From Jimgerdemannia flammicorona (lineage: Eukaryota): DNA of 39,722 nucleotides. The DNA is taken from NCBI GenBank assembly GCA_003990765.1, contig RBNJ01000136.1, positions 1 through 39,722 on the forward strand. Direction: 5' to 3'. Under the pieces are notes generated by a model. That model was not told where the DNA came from and made no database searches. It saw only the letters and a list, made by a program, of their open reading frames with translations. Below are positions 25,403 to 38,671 of this stretch, piece after piece; position 1 is the first letter of the stretch, and the number at the start of each line of letters is the position of its first letter. Made by a program: the position numbers and the translations under genes.

Positions 25403-28400
25403 GGTAGTCTGGAGATTGTATCAGTAACAATATTTTTCTTGCCAGGGCAATACTGGATTTCATAGTCAAAGTTGGTGAGGACTTTCATCCATCTGGCTTG
25501 CTTTTGAGAAAGGGTAGCCTGTGTCTTGATGTTGACTAATGACTTGTAGTCAGTTAATACAGTAAAGTGTGCTCCTTCTAGATATGGTCACTATTTAATC
25601 AGAGTATCCACGATGGCTAGCATTTCCTTCTTGTGGGTTGTATAGTTAATTTCAGCATCATTGAACTTGCAGGAGTGATAGGCCACAGGGTGTCCTTCTT
25701 GCATGAGCACTGCTCCAAGAGCTAGATCAGAGGCATCAGTAGTGACTTCATATAGTAGGGTAGGATTTGCCACTTGAAGTACTGGAGTGGTTATCAGGGC
25801 ATCTTTCAGTGCTTGAAAGGTGGTATCTTGTTCGGGTCCCCAAGTTACAAGATTGTTGAAGTCTTTCTCTTGTTTCATGGTCCAGAGTTGTTCTTATTTC
25901 TTGTTGTGCTTAGTCATTTGGATCAGAGTGATAGCGATTTTAGCAAAGTTGGCTACAAATCACCTATAATAGTTTGCTAATCCCAGGAATGACTGGAGGT
26001 CTTTCAGCTTCTTGGGTCTGGGCTAATCTTTGATTGCAGAGATTTTGCTGGAGTCCACTTTGATTCCATTTGGTATAACAATGTGTCCAAGGAATTGAAT
26101 TTCTTTCAGGAGAAATTTGCACTTGCTGAGTTTTGCAAAGAGTCAGTTTTCTTGGAGTTTTAGTAGTACTAGTTCAAGATGTTCGAGGTATTCCTCCAGA
26201 GTTATGCTGAAGACTAGAATGTCGTCAATGTAGACAATAACAAATTTGTCCAGATATAGGTACAGGATAGTATTCATCAGGGTCTGGAAAGTTGCAGGAG
26301 CATTAGTTAAGCCAAAAGACATAACTAGAAACTCGAAGTGTCCATAGTGAGTTCGGAAAGCTGTCTTATAGATGTCTTCTTCTTTTATAGCAATTTGCCA
26401 GTAACCATTTCACAGATCAAAGGAGCTCATGAATTGCAGGTTGATGAGCCTATCGAATATTTCATTGATCCTCAGTAGTGGGCAACAGTTCTTGATGGTC
26501 TGTTCATTGAGATCATAGTAGTCAATACACATTCGCAGGTCTCCTCCTTTCTTGACAACAAATAGGACTGATGCACCATAAGGTGATATACTGGGTCTGA
26601 TGAATCCTTGTTCTAGGAGTTTGTCAATTTCTTTTTTGAGTGCATTGATTTCTCTCAGAGACATGTGGTAGATTGACTTGAAGGCTGGTTTGGCATCTGG
26701 GATAGTCTTGATGGTATGGTCTACTACTCATTTGGGAGGTAGGCCTTTCAGGAGCTTTTTTGGGAATATGTCTCAAAATTTCTGGAGTAGTGGTCTGACA
26801 TGGCTGTCAACTTTGGAAAAATCTTCTTCAGAGTTCTCGGGTTCTCCTTTGGATGGGCGGATGGAGATGGCAAAGAGAGGGCATTTCTTGGCAAATTTCT
26901 TGAGTTGTAGCTTGTTGATGTAAGTGATCTTTAGTCCAGGGTCACTAGAGTTGAGTGGGTCTTTTTCACCTTGTAGTTTGAAGTTGTGGCATCCTTTCTT
27001 GATGATCAGAGAATGGTTTACCCAATCAATCATAGGGTTCTCTTGTTTCAACCATGGGGTTTCAAGGATGATTTCATTGTTAGGAAGTGGTACGATTTGG
27101 AGGATAACATGTACTCAGTAGTCACCAATGCAGAAGGGTAGATTGCAGACTTCTTTGCTAATAACATGTGAGGTTCCATCAGCTGTGGTGACTGCTTGGG
27201 TTTGTTGTACCAGAGAGGTGAAAACCTTAAGTCTGTTGACTATCTCTTCACTAATGAAGTTGCCTGAGGCACCACTGTCTATCATAATCTTGACAGGTGT
27301 TTGGTTGACAAAAGCTTTAAGTGTAAGTAGTTTGTCTGATCCAATGGTAGTGATTTCAGTTGTAGGACCTTTCCTTCTGTTGGTTCTTCTTTAAGCCAGT
27401 TCATTGATACAAGAGAAGCAATCATTGATCATTCAGGAAGAGTACATTCCAATGCTATGAGGGTATCAGCCACTTGGTACATATCCATCTTTAATCTTCT
27501 TGTAGAATTGTTCTTCTTTGTTCATGGTAAATTGGATTGAGGCCTTATTTGACAAGCCAAATTCTTTGGATCCTTGGATGGTAGGTAGTAGTTTGAGGAC
27601 TTCTTTGACTGTCAGGGTTGACTCGATTTTTTCGAATAGGATCTGGACAATGCAGAAACCAATAGGGATCTTGAAGAGTGTCCAACTGTGGTTTCAGATA
27701 AGAACAATAATTTTGCCTGTGTAATCTTCATCAATGACTCCTCCTTTTACTGAGAGTCCTTTCAGTGCTAGGCTGCTGTGACAGCATATTCTTCCAACAT
27801 GTCCTTCAGAGATTTGGATACTGATTCCTGTGTAGACTTGTTTGACTTCTCAGTTGGAAACTGTAGCTTCTTTGGCTGCATACAGGTCATATTTGGCTGC
27901 TTTTTGACTTCTCTTAGTTGGGGCCTTGGCAGTTTATCGTAACTTGACAAAGTCCAGTATTCTGGTGGTCAGGTTATTAAGGTGGTGCAGAGTGGTAACA
28001 GTTGCTCATATTGCTGTTCAGGGTTTTCGGTTAGGGCAGGCACTTGCTATATGTCCTGTCTTTCGGCAGTAGAAGCATGCTCCACTTCTTTGAAGTTCAT
28101 TCCTTTCGCCTTTAGTGAGTTTTTTGAAGATGCTTGGCTGGGTGGGTTTATGATTTCTAGGTATCCAAGAGGTAGATGTGGAGAGATCTTGAGATGCTTC
28201 ATATTTGGGTTCTTCTTTCTTGGTCTAAGTCTTTTTCTTATTGTTGAATTATGTTCAAGGCAGAATTGGTCTAACTGTTAGGATTCGCTTGACCATAGTC
28301 TTGATTCTTGCCAGACACTATTATTGGTGATCACAACCAACTAGGTGGCCTTGTTCTCAGATTTTTCGAGTAAGCCATTCAGGCAGGGCATTAAATAAAT

Positions 28401-31400
28401 GGTCTGCTCTTGTACCATTTCATACTTTATCATTGGTGATATATCCTAAGCCAACAGTATTCAGGAGTAACTTGAGTTTTGTACAGAAGATTTCGAATTC
28501 TTCTTTGCTATGTACATCAAATTTGAGATTGCAGAGTTTTACTTGGGATTCAGCAATCATAGTTTCACTGCAGTATTGGGCAATTATGAGTTGTTTGAGT
28601 CCAGGGGCTGCAGGATGGGCTCTATATCCTGGGGCATTGTTTGCTGCATTCTGAGCAACTACTGCAGGTCGGGTATCCCATGTGAGGGGTTTTTCAGGAA
28701 GGGTTTGCCACCATTCTTCGGCAGGTCCTCGGAAGAATATAACAACTCAGTGGACATAAGCTGTAGTGATAGCAAAGAGTTGTTCCAGAGTGTGGTCTTG
28801 ATTGTTTGTCAGAACACAGTCAGCAACTCGCTCATTGGTCCATTGATTGGCTTCGAAGTTGGTGTCAACTATACTAATGAAGCTTTGGACTTCTTGTGCA
28901 GTACCATTGAAGGTAGGTAGGCTCAGATTTTTGGTAGGTCAGGTCTGTTCAGCTAAGGTAGTAATGGTTGCTGCCATTATTGCTACCTGGGCTGTGAGGT
29001 CTAGAATCTGTTGGTTCACCATATTGTTTACTGGAGGTGGTTGGACTGCTGGTAGTGGTGTTACTAGTACTATTTGAGATACTGGTGCAGAGTATGATGG
29101 GGTTCTTTGGGTCTGTGTAAGTTGCTGGAGTAGTAGTTGTGTATCTGGAGTAAGGGCTTGATAGATAGCTGTTTGTTGCTGTGTAGGTGTATTCTGTCCT
29201 GATGGAAGTGCATCTCCTTCGGTAGTGTATCCGGGATCGAATTTACTGAGATACTCCTCCTCTTCTTTGGTTTGGTCCTTATGTAATTGGGTTTGCTCAG
29301 TGTCAAAGTAGACAGAATCAATTATATATCTGATTTTAGATGGACTTAATTCAAAGTCAAGTTCAGGTTCAGTATTAGTTTCAGATTCAGGTAGGGCTGT
29401 AGTAGGACCTGCTTCAGGTTTGGGGTCAGGTAGTTGATGAAGGGTTTCTCTTGCTTTTTCTTTAAGAATATGGCAGGCCTTGCTGTTCTGGAATTGGTAG
29501 TATAATGCGGTCTTGGTCCTGGTATGGTGAAAATCAGTAGAGTTGAGCTACTTGGCTACAGAGGCTTGGGCTTCATGAGGAACTAAGACTAGAAAGACTG
29601 CTGCCAGTTGTCCTAGGTCGCTCGGGTTTGTGGAGCTGACAAAACTCTTGTTGAGAAGAGTAAAGAAGGCTTCGATAAGACCTTCTTCATCTTGACTTGC
29701 TGGGTATAGTACAAGGAGTTCGGTGAATAAGGTTTCACCTATTTGCTGATTTAACCAGAGTACTTCTTTCTTTGAATGAAGTTTGTCCCACTTGTTGCAG
29801 GTGTGGAGGTCAAATTGTCCTTATACGTCAGGTTCAATTCTCTCCAGATTATTAGATAGTTCAGGATAAATTCCAGTTCAGAGGTTGGGCTTTATACCAA
29901 CTTGTAGGAATTCTCAGAAGGGTTTGTAGCAAGGTGAGGAAGTGTCTTGAAGTGGATTTGGATTGTAAACCACTGCTACCAAGTTGTAAAAGGGTTGCTT
30001 TTTAGAGTAACTGTTATGTAGTTCTGGAAGGGTTTTCTGGAAGTTCTGGATGTTCTGAAAGGGTTTTCTGAAAGTTCTGGATATTCTGGAAGACTGTTTT
30101 CTTATGGTCAAGATCAATTTCATATGGAGTACATCCTCTATGCTTATTGATTTCAAGATTGGATTGATGTCTCAACCAAAGTCCTATTTCAGACTAGTTC
30201 TGGATGTTCAGGACTTTTCCGTATTCAGAAAGTTCAAGAAACTAAGACCAGCTTAGTTGAATTGGCGTATTGCTGTAGACAATACCCAATTAGGAAATTT
30301 CATGATGAAGTTAGGAGTGGGACCTAACAGAGAGCAAATTTACTTAAGAGTGGGTTGTGGATTATTAAATAGATTTATTCACTATTCATGATATTGCTAT
30401 ACTAGGAGTAGTTGTGTGAAGGGGTATTGTGGAGAAGTGCTCAAGAGTTGTGTTCAGATTATTCAGGTCTGAGATTCTGAGGTCTGGGAGAGGGGGTATT
30501 TATACTAGTGAGGGGCTATCTGGACTATGCTAAATATGGATGTAGCACTAAGTGCCTTACTGAGTCAGAATGCAGTCATGTAGTACAAGTGTGATCTGAT
30601 ATATCAAGAGATCATCTGACTGCTGAGTCAGTTCACAGTCACATCATACAAGACTAATCTAACTATACTATGACTGCTAGGCTATTTATAGTTTAGGCAC
30701 TATCTGGGTAGTCTTCGATGATATCACCATCAATTGCATCATCTCTGATGAAGTAGTCATCTAGGAAAAGGAGTTTGTGGATTACTTCTCCTTGTTTGCT
30801 GAGATAATAATACATTAGAACTTTGTCTCCATCTCATAAGATGGCATCATCAGTCTTGTATACTGGGTAAGGTATTGGTGGATGAAGGAGGGGTACATCA
30901 TCTTCACCTTCATCAGATTTGCTGTCTACATACCTTCTGTAGGTTACAGCACTATGAGTTGCAGGGTTGTAGTAAGCTGGTGACTGTGGTTCATGTCACT
31001 CATACTCAGGTGGTGGAGTGGTTGGTTCAATCTCGAGAGTTGTCTGGAGGTACAGGTTGTGTTCTCCAGTCTCTTCATTGTAGTTGAAGTAATTGGGGGT
31101 GAACATGGGTTAGTATTCGTGCCAGTGGTCATTGTCCCAATAAGTCTCATAGGCTGTTATGAATTATTGTAAGTTCATTGGCAAGATTGATAGTGTGATT
31201 AGGGTTGGTAGAGATTCTTGGCTTGAGGTTATATTGGCATCAAAGGGATCATTGTCTTCTGCTTCATCTTTATCAAAGTGGATTATATCGTAGATGTCCT
31301 TCATGGTATATCCGACTTGGGGCATTTGCAGAATATAATCATTGGGGTGTGGGAAGGTTCTGTCTGTGGTTTCGACATACTCGAGATACTTGTGGTTAAG

Positions 31401-32078
31401 TTCTTATATCATGTCGTCAATTTGGCCATAGGATAGGGTAGTGACCATTTTGGCTGTGGTAACTCGGAGGTAGAGAATAATAGTGCTATACTTGTAGAAG
31501 AGTTCTCAATGTTTGCGGGTGATGAGCTTCTGGTGTTGAGATATCTGGGTAATATCTGTATTATAGTAGTGTTCGATCATGTCTTCCAGAAGGCAGCCAA
31601 TCTGATAGTAGCTTGAATTTTGTCCGATCTAGTGGGCCTTACTAAGCATGTTCAGAGCATTCCATTGGGCTTCTACAAAGTAGAGGGGTACTAGGCTATA
31701 GATATTCATGAGGGGCAGAGGGGGTGTAGCTCAGTTGACAATGGCATTCCAAATGTCAGCATGGATATGGGTGTAGATCTTGGTGGTCATATTTGTGTGT
31801 TTGGAAGTTGTGGTTGTTGTTTGTTTTAGTTCTCTGATTTGATGCATCTCGGTACTTGGTATATATGCATTTGGTCCTGATTGGTAAGATTCTGTTTATG
31901 TGAATCTTGTGTTCTGTGACTTCGTATTGACTCAGCTTTGTATGCTGTGACTTTAGTTTGACTCAGCTTCATGATCGACCAGGTGATTTCCAGATTTGTT
32001 CAGAGGTCACATGTGATTTCAGTGGCTTGTTCAGAGGGTGACATGTAATTTCGGTAGCTTGGAGGTTATGTGCTTATA
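25403..32078 (-). mobile_element. Element D: 5' LTR (29985-32078; LTR ORF remnant 30693-31790) and gag-dUTPase-PR-RT-RH, truncated before integrase
   Basis: Colinear with A/C from the RH-IN linker to the PBS; cut exactly at the LTR terminus of C. Confidence 0.93.
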
Positions 32079-35000
32079 TAGAGGTTATGCACTTATAACT
32101 CTCCCCTTCTTAGCTTTCAATATCCTTGTCAGGGCCTTTTAATTTATTCTGGTATTGTTGTATTATTTGGAAGGTTCTTGTGGCTGTATTTGTTGAAAAT
32201 TTGTTCAACTTTATATTCTTTTTGGTCATTAATAATGACAGGTACAGGTGGTTCTGTGGTTTGGTTCAGAAATGTGTCTCAGACCTTCAGGAGTAGTGGT
32301 CTAACACAGCTGTCAACTTTGGAAAAGTCTTCTTTAGAGTTCTTGGGTTCTCCTTTGGATAGACAGATGGAGATAGCAAAGAGAGGGCATTTCTTGGCTA
32401 ATTTCTTGAGTTGTAGCTTGTTGATGTGGGTAATCTTTAGTCCAGGGTCACTAGAACTGAGTGGGTCCTTTTCACCTTGCAGTTTGAAGTTGTGGCATCC
32501 TTTCTTGATGGTTAGAGAATGGTTTACCCAATTGATCATGGGGTTTTCTTGTTTTAACTATGAAGTCCCAAGGATGATTTCATTGTCAGGAAGTGGTACA
32601 ATTTGGAGAGTAATATATACTTAATAGTCACCAATTCAGAAGAGCAGATTGCAGACTTCCTTGCTAATAATATGTGAGGTTTCATCAGCTGTGGTGACTG
32701 CTTGAGTTTGTTGTACTGGAGAGGTGAAGATCTTGAGTCTGTTGGCTGTTTCTTCATTGATAAAGTTGCTTGAGGTACTACTGTCTATCATAATCTTGAC
32801 AGGTGCTCAGTTGACAAAAGCTTTAAGTGTAAGCAGTTTGTCTAATCCAATGGTAGTGATTTTGGTTGTAGGAGTTTTCCTTCTGTTGGTTCTTCTTTGA
32901 GCCAGTTCATTGATACAAGAGAAGTAATCATTGATTATTCAGGAAGAGTACATTCCAATGCCATAGGGACATTGGCCACTTGGTACATATCTGTCTTCGA
33001 TTTTTTTGTAGAATTGTTCTTCCTTGCTCATGGTAGATTAGGCTGGGGTCTTGTTTGATGAGCCAAATCCTTTGGATCCTCAGATGGTAGGTAGTAGTTC
33101 AGGGACTTCCTTGACTATCAGAGTTAACTCAATTTTCTCAAATAGGATCTGGGCAATACAAAAACTAATAGAGATCTTGAAGAGTGTCCAACTGTGGTTT
33201 CAGATGAGGATAATAATTTCGCCTGTATAATCTTTGTCAATGACTCCTCCTTCTACTGAGAGTTCTTTTAATGCTAGACTGCTGCAACAGCATATTCTTC
33301 CAACATGTTCTTCAGAAATTTGGATGCTGATTCCTGTGTAGACTTGCTTGACTTCTTGGTTGGAAACTGTAGCTTCTTTGGCTGCATACAGATTATATCC
33401 AGCTGCTTTTTGACTTCCTTTGATTGGGGTCTTAGCAGTTTATCTTAACTTGACAAAGTCCAGTGTTCTGGTGGTCAGATTGTTGAGGTGGTGTAGAGTG
33501 GTAATAGTTGCTCATGTTGCTGTTCAGAGTTTTCGATTAGGGCAGGCACTGGCCATGTATCCTGTTTTTCAGCAATAGAAGTATGCTTCACTTCTTCAAA
33601 GTTCATTCCTTTCACCTTCAGTGAGTTTCTTGAAGGTATTTAGCTGGGTGAGTTTATGATTTCTGGGTGTCCATGAGATAGATGTAGAGGGAGCTTGCAA
33701 TACTTCATGCTTGAGTTCTTCTTTTTTGGTCCAAGTCTTTTCCTTGTTGTTGAATTGTCTTTGGAGCAGAATTGGTCCAGCTGTTAGGATTCACTTGACC
33801 ATAGTCTTGATTCTTGTCAGGCACCATTGTTGGTGATCACAACCAACTGGGCAGCCTTGTTCTCAGATTTTTCTAGTAAGCCATTCAGATAGTGCATCAA
33901 ATAAATGGTCTGCTTTTGTACTATTTCATACTTCATCATTGGCAATATATCCTAGACCAATAGTGTTCAGGAGTGACTCGAGTTTTGTACAGAAGGTTTT
34001 GAATTCTTCTTTGCCATGTACATCAAATTTGAGATTGCAGAGTTTTACTCAAGATTCAGTAATCATGGTTTCACTGTGATATTGAGCAATCATGAGTTAT
34101 TTGAGTTTAGGGGTTGCAGGATGGGCTCTATATCCTGGGGCATTATTTGCTGCATTCTGTACAACTACTGTAGGTCGGGTGTCCCAAGTAAGGGGTTTTT
34201 CAGGAAGGGTTCACCATCATTCTTCAGTAGGTCCTCAGAAGAATATAACAACTTAGTGGACATAGGCTGTAATGGTAGCAAAGAGTTGTTCCAGAGTGTT
34301 GTCCTGATTGTTTGTCAGAAGGCGGTCAGCAACTCGCTCATTGGTCCATTGATTGGCTTTGAAGTTGGTATCAACTACACTAATGAAGCTTTGGACTTCT
34401 TGTACAGTACCATTGAAGGTAGGTAGGCTCAGATTCTTTGTAGGTTAGGTCTGTTTGGCTAAGGTAGTAATGGTTGCTGCCATTATGGCTACCTGGGCTG
34501 TGAGGTCTAGAATCTGTTAGTTTGCTATGTTGTTTATTGGAGGCAGTTGGACTGCTGGTAGTAGTGTTACTGGTACTACTTGAGATACTGGTGCAGAGTG
34601 TGATGGTGTTCTTTGGGTCTATGTAAGTTGCTGGAGTAGTAGTTGTGGGTCTGGAGTGAGGGCTTGATAGATAACAGTTTGTTGCTGTGTAGGTGTATTC
34701 TGTCCTGATGGAGATACTTCTCCTTCAGTGGTGTATCCGGGATTGAATTCACTGAGATACTCCTCCTTCTCTTTGGTTTGGTCCCCTTGTAATTGGGTTT
34801 GCTCGGTGTCAAAGTAGACAGAATTAGTTATATATCTGATTTCAGATGGACTTAATTCAAAGTCAAGTTCAGGTTCAGTGTTGGTTTCAGGTTTAGATAA
34901 GGCTATAGTAGGGCCTGCTTTAGATTCGGGATCAGGTAGTTGATAAAGAGTTTCTCTTACTTCTTCTTTAAGAATATGGTGAGTCTTGCTATTCTGGAAT

Positions 35001-36991
35001 CGGTAGTATAATGCAGTCTTGGTTCTGGTATGGTGAAAGTCAGTAGAGTTGAGCCACTTGGCTACAGAGGCTTGGGCTTTATGAGAAACTAAGGCTAGAA
35101 AGACTGCTGCTGGTTGTTCTAGGTCACTCAGATTTGTGGAGCTGACAAAACTCTTATTGAGAAGGGTAAAGAAGGCTTCTATAAGACCCTCTTCATCTTG
35201 ACTTGCTGGGTGTAGAGTAAGGAGTTCAGTAAATAGGGTTTCACCTATTTGCTGGTTTAATTGAAGTACTTCTTTCTTTGAGTGAAGTTTGTCCCACTTA
35301 TTGTAGATGTAGAGGTCAAATTGTCCTTATATGTCAGGTTCAATTCTCTCCAGATTGTCAGATGGTTCAGGATAAATTCCAGTTCAGAGGTTGGGCTTTA
35401 TACCAACTTGTAGGAATTCTCAGAAGGGTTTGTAGTAAGATGAGGAAGTATCTTGAAGTGGAATTGGATTGTAAACTGCTGCTACTAAGTTGTAAGAGGG
35501 TTGCTTTTTAGGATAACTGTTATGTAGTTCTGGAAGGGTTTTCTAGGAGTTCTAGATATTCTGGAAGACTGTTTTCTTATGGTCAAGATCAATTTCATAT
35601 GGAGTATATCCTCTATACTTATTGATTTCAAGATCAGGTTGATGTCTCAATCAAAGTCCTTTTTCAGACTAGTTCTGGATATTCAGGATTTTCTGTATTT
35701 CAGGAAGTTTAAGAAACTAAGACCAGCTTAGTTGAATTGGCATATCACTGCAGACAATACCCAATTAGGAAATTTCATAATAGGGTTAGGAGTAGGACCT
35801 AATGGGGAGCGGATTTACTTAAGAGTAGTTTGTGGGTTATTAAATAGGTTTATTTGCTATTCATGATATTGCTATACTAGGAGTAGTTGTGTAAAGAGAT
35901 ATTGTGGGGAAGTGTTCAGAAATATTCTTATATGTTCGAGTCTGTTCAAGTCTGAGATTCTGAGGTCTGGGGGAGAGGGTATTTATACTAGTGAGGGGCT
36001 ATCTGGACTATGCTAGATATAGATGTAGTACTAAGTACCTTGCTGAGTCAGAATATAGTCATATAGTACAAGAGTGATCTGATATGTCAAGAGGTCATCT
36101 GGCTGCTGAGTCAGTTCACAATTATGTCATATAAGGCTAATCTAACTATACTATGACTGCTAGGCTATTTATAGGTTTAGATGCTGTCTGGGTAGTCTTT
36201 GATAATATCACCATCGATGACATTATTGCTGGCAAGATCTGAGTAGTTTTCTGACTTCTGACATTATTAGTTTCAAGGTGTTGTCACTTCTATCTCTTGT
36301 AAGATTAAGACTATCCTTGGTGGCAGTGGTTGTATAAGGATAACAGATCTTGGTTCTCTTTTTTTTTAGTCTACTGGCACATTTGTAAGGACTGGCCATT
36401 CTCATCTAGGGTGAGGGCTCTCAATGTCATGGCTGGGGGTTTGAACCTCTTGAAAATAATATTTTTTGTAATTCAAGGCAATTTCTAGTAGTAATATCTA
36501 TCATGTGGATAGCTTGAGATTGGTTTCGATGATATCAGCTTTCTTGAGTTTAGATGAAGCATCTGTCACTCTCCAATAGAGGTGATACAGATAGAGTGAA
36601 TAGAGTTATTCAAATGTGTTTTGCTTCTGCTAAGTAATGAGGTCTTATATAGTTACAGTGTATCTTGGTCTTGAGTTAATAAGTGCAGTTCATGAATCTT
36701 TTGGTAGATGAGATAGAGTTCTTCTTATCTCAATTTGAGTTTGGTACTTTCAGTTTCCTTTTGTAATAGTATAGTATACCAAACTAGTTATAGCAGTTCA
36801 GAGTCAGTCTTATGGTTGTAGTACTTCTTCTAGTATTCTTGTATCTTGGTAGTGGGTTCTCATACTTGCTGGCATATTTCATGTAACCAGATAATCTCTT
36901 CAGTAACTTGTTTTGTAGTCTTGCATATGGTTTCCAAATTAATTCTGAGGATGCCATGTGATTTTGGTGGCTTGGAGGTTGTATGCTTATA
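32079..36991 (-). mobile_element. Element E: deletion derivative lacking RT, RH and IN core; 19-bp 3' LTR stub and type B 5' LTR
   Basis: Stub 32079-32097 and PPT; chromodomain piece 32176-32272 joined to the post-protease linker; gag-dUTPase-PR retained. Confidence 0.9.
35491..36991 (-). repeat. Variant type B LTR (1501 bp) with alternative U3 insert ~36223-36930
   Basis: Family termini at both ends; identity to type A over 35491-36222 and ~36931-36991 only. Confidence 0.88.
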
Positions 36992-38024
36992 GTTATTAGT
37001 TTGATCTTGAGAGTTGTCTGGAGATATAGATTGTATTCTCTGGTCTCTTCATTATAGTTGAAGTAATTGAGAGTAAATGTAGATTAGTATTCATATTAGT
37101 GACTATTATCTCAATAAGTCTCATAAGTGGTTATGAACTATTGTAAGTTCATTGGTAAGATTGGTGAAGTAATCAGAGTTGGCAGAGATCCTTAGCTGGA
37201 GGTCATATCAGTATTGAAGAGATTATTATCTTCTACTTCATCTTCATTAAACTAAATTATATCATAGACATCCTTTATGGTATACCCAACTTGGGGCATT
37301 TGCAGAATATAATTATTAGGGTGTAGAAAGGTTCTGTCTATAGTTTGAATATATTCAATATACTTATAATTGAGTTCTTATATCATATCATTAATTTGAC
37401 CATAGGATAGAGTGGCAACCATTTCTATGATAGTAACTCAGAGGTAGGAAATAATAGTACTATACTTATAGAAGAGTTCTTGATATTTGTGGACAATGAG
37501 TTTCTGGTGTTAAGACATCTGAGTAATATCTATATTATAGTGGTGTTCAACTATGTCTTCTAGGAGATGGCTAATTTGATAGTAGCTTGAGATTTATCCA
37601 ATTCAGTAGGTCTCACTAAGTATGTTTAGAGCATTTTATCAGACTTCCACAAAGTAGAGGAGTGTTAGACTATGGATATTTATGAGAGATAGAGGAGGTA
37701 TAGCTTAGTTGATAATAGCATTCCAAATATTAGCACAGATGTAGTTATAGATCTCAATAATCATGTTTATATTCAGGAGTTAGGGTTGTTTGTTTTGTTT
37801 GTTGTGGTTCTCTGTCTTGATATATCTTAGTACTCAGTATATATATATTTGGTCCTAATTAATAAGATTCTGTTTGTATAAATCTTATATTCTGTAACTT
37901 TGAGTTGACTCAGCTTTGTGTGCTATGACTTTATTTTGACTCAGCTTTATGATCTTACAGGTGATTTCCAGATTTGTTCAGAGGTTGTATGTAATTTCAG
38001 TAGCTTGGAGGTTGTGCACTTATA
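36992..38024 (-). repeat. Heavily mutated 5' half of a type A LTR
   Basis: Colinear with the LTR ORF N-terminal region; ends ...gtgcacttata. Confidence 0.9.
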
Positions 38025-38671
38025 CTGATAGACTGACTCTTTGTGGCTCATTTTGGGGTTGTATGACTAGTTGTGACTGGTTTCCGAATTCATGTGAGGT
38101 TTCTTAATAAGGCAAGGTGTAATGACACTGCTGCTACCAAGTATAATGATTCAAGTTTCTTTAAGAGGAAGCAGCTAAATCTGGAAGTTCTAGTTAGTCT
38201 AAAGTAGCTCAAAGAGATACTTAAAGGTTCAAGTATTCTTGAAGGATTTCTGGGAGAAAATATTCTGAGCTTTATTCAGGCAGAGAACAAGGATATTTAT
38301 ATATGATCTGAAAGAAAGATCTGAAAAGATCTTAGAAAGAAAGAGAAATGCCAAGACATAGGTTCTCGGCAAAGCTGACTAATACTATTCTACAATATTC
38401 CAAAAGGTTCCATGGCTAGCTAAGACAAGATACTTGGTATCAAGAAAAGATAAAAATGTTTTAGTGGTGTCTGGGTACCAAGAGAAGGTTTCTAAGCAAG
38501 TAGAAGGTAATGGAATATAGTAGAATATTCAAGAAATGACAGAAAAAGACTAATTAAAAGATGCAAAAATATACTAAGACTAAATATGACTGTGAAATTA
38601 TTATATATTGAGTTATTGATATAAATATTTAATTGTCTAATTTGGAAATCAAAACAATAGTTGATTTGAAT
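38025..38671 (-). mobile_element. Probable leader, PBS and partial LTR of a different LTR family
   Basis: Unrelated sequence with TGGTAGCAGCAG (38128-38139) 2 nt from a decayed terminus (tataat, 38142) and TATATAAATA near 38295. Confidence 0.55.

Noticed and set aside
30020-30095. TTCTGGA short repeats as a CRISPR-like array
   Set aside because: Degenerate ~9-nt tandem repeats in U5 with no unique spacers and no cas genes
29914-30156. Gag frame starting in U5 and reading through the PBS
   Set aside because: A TGA about 100 nt downstream of the PBS is shared by all five copies and U5 has frame-breaking indels
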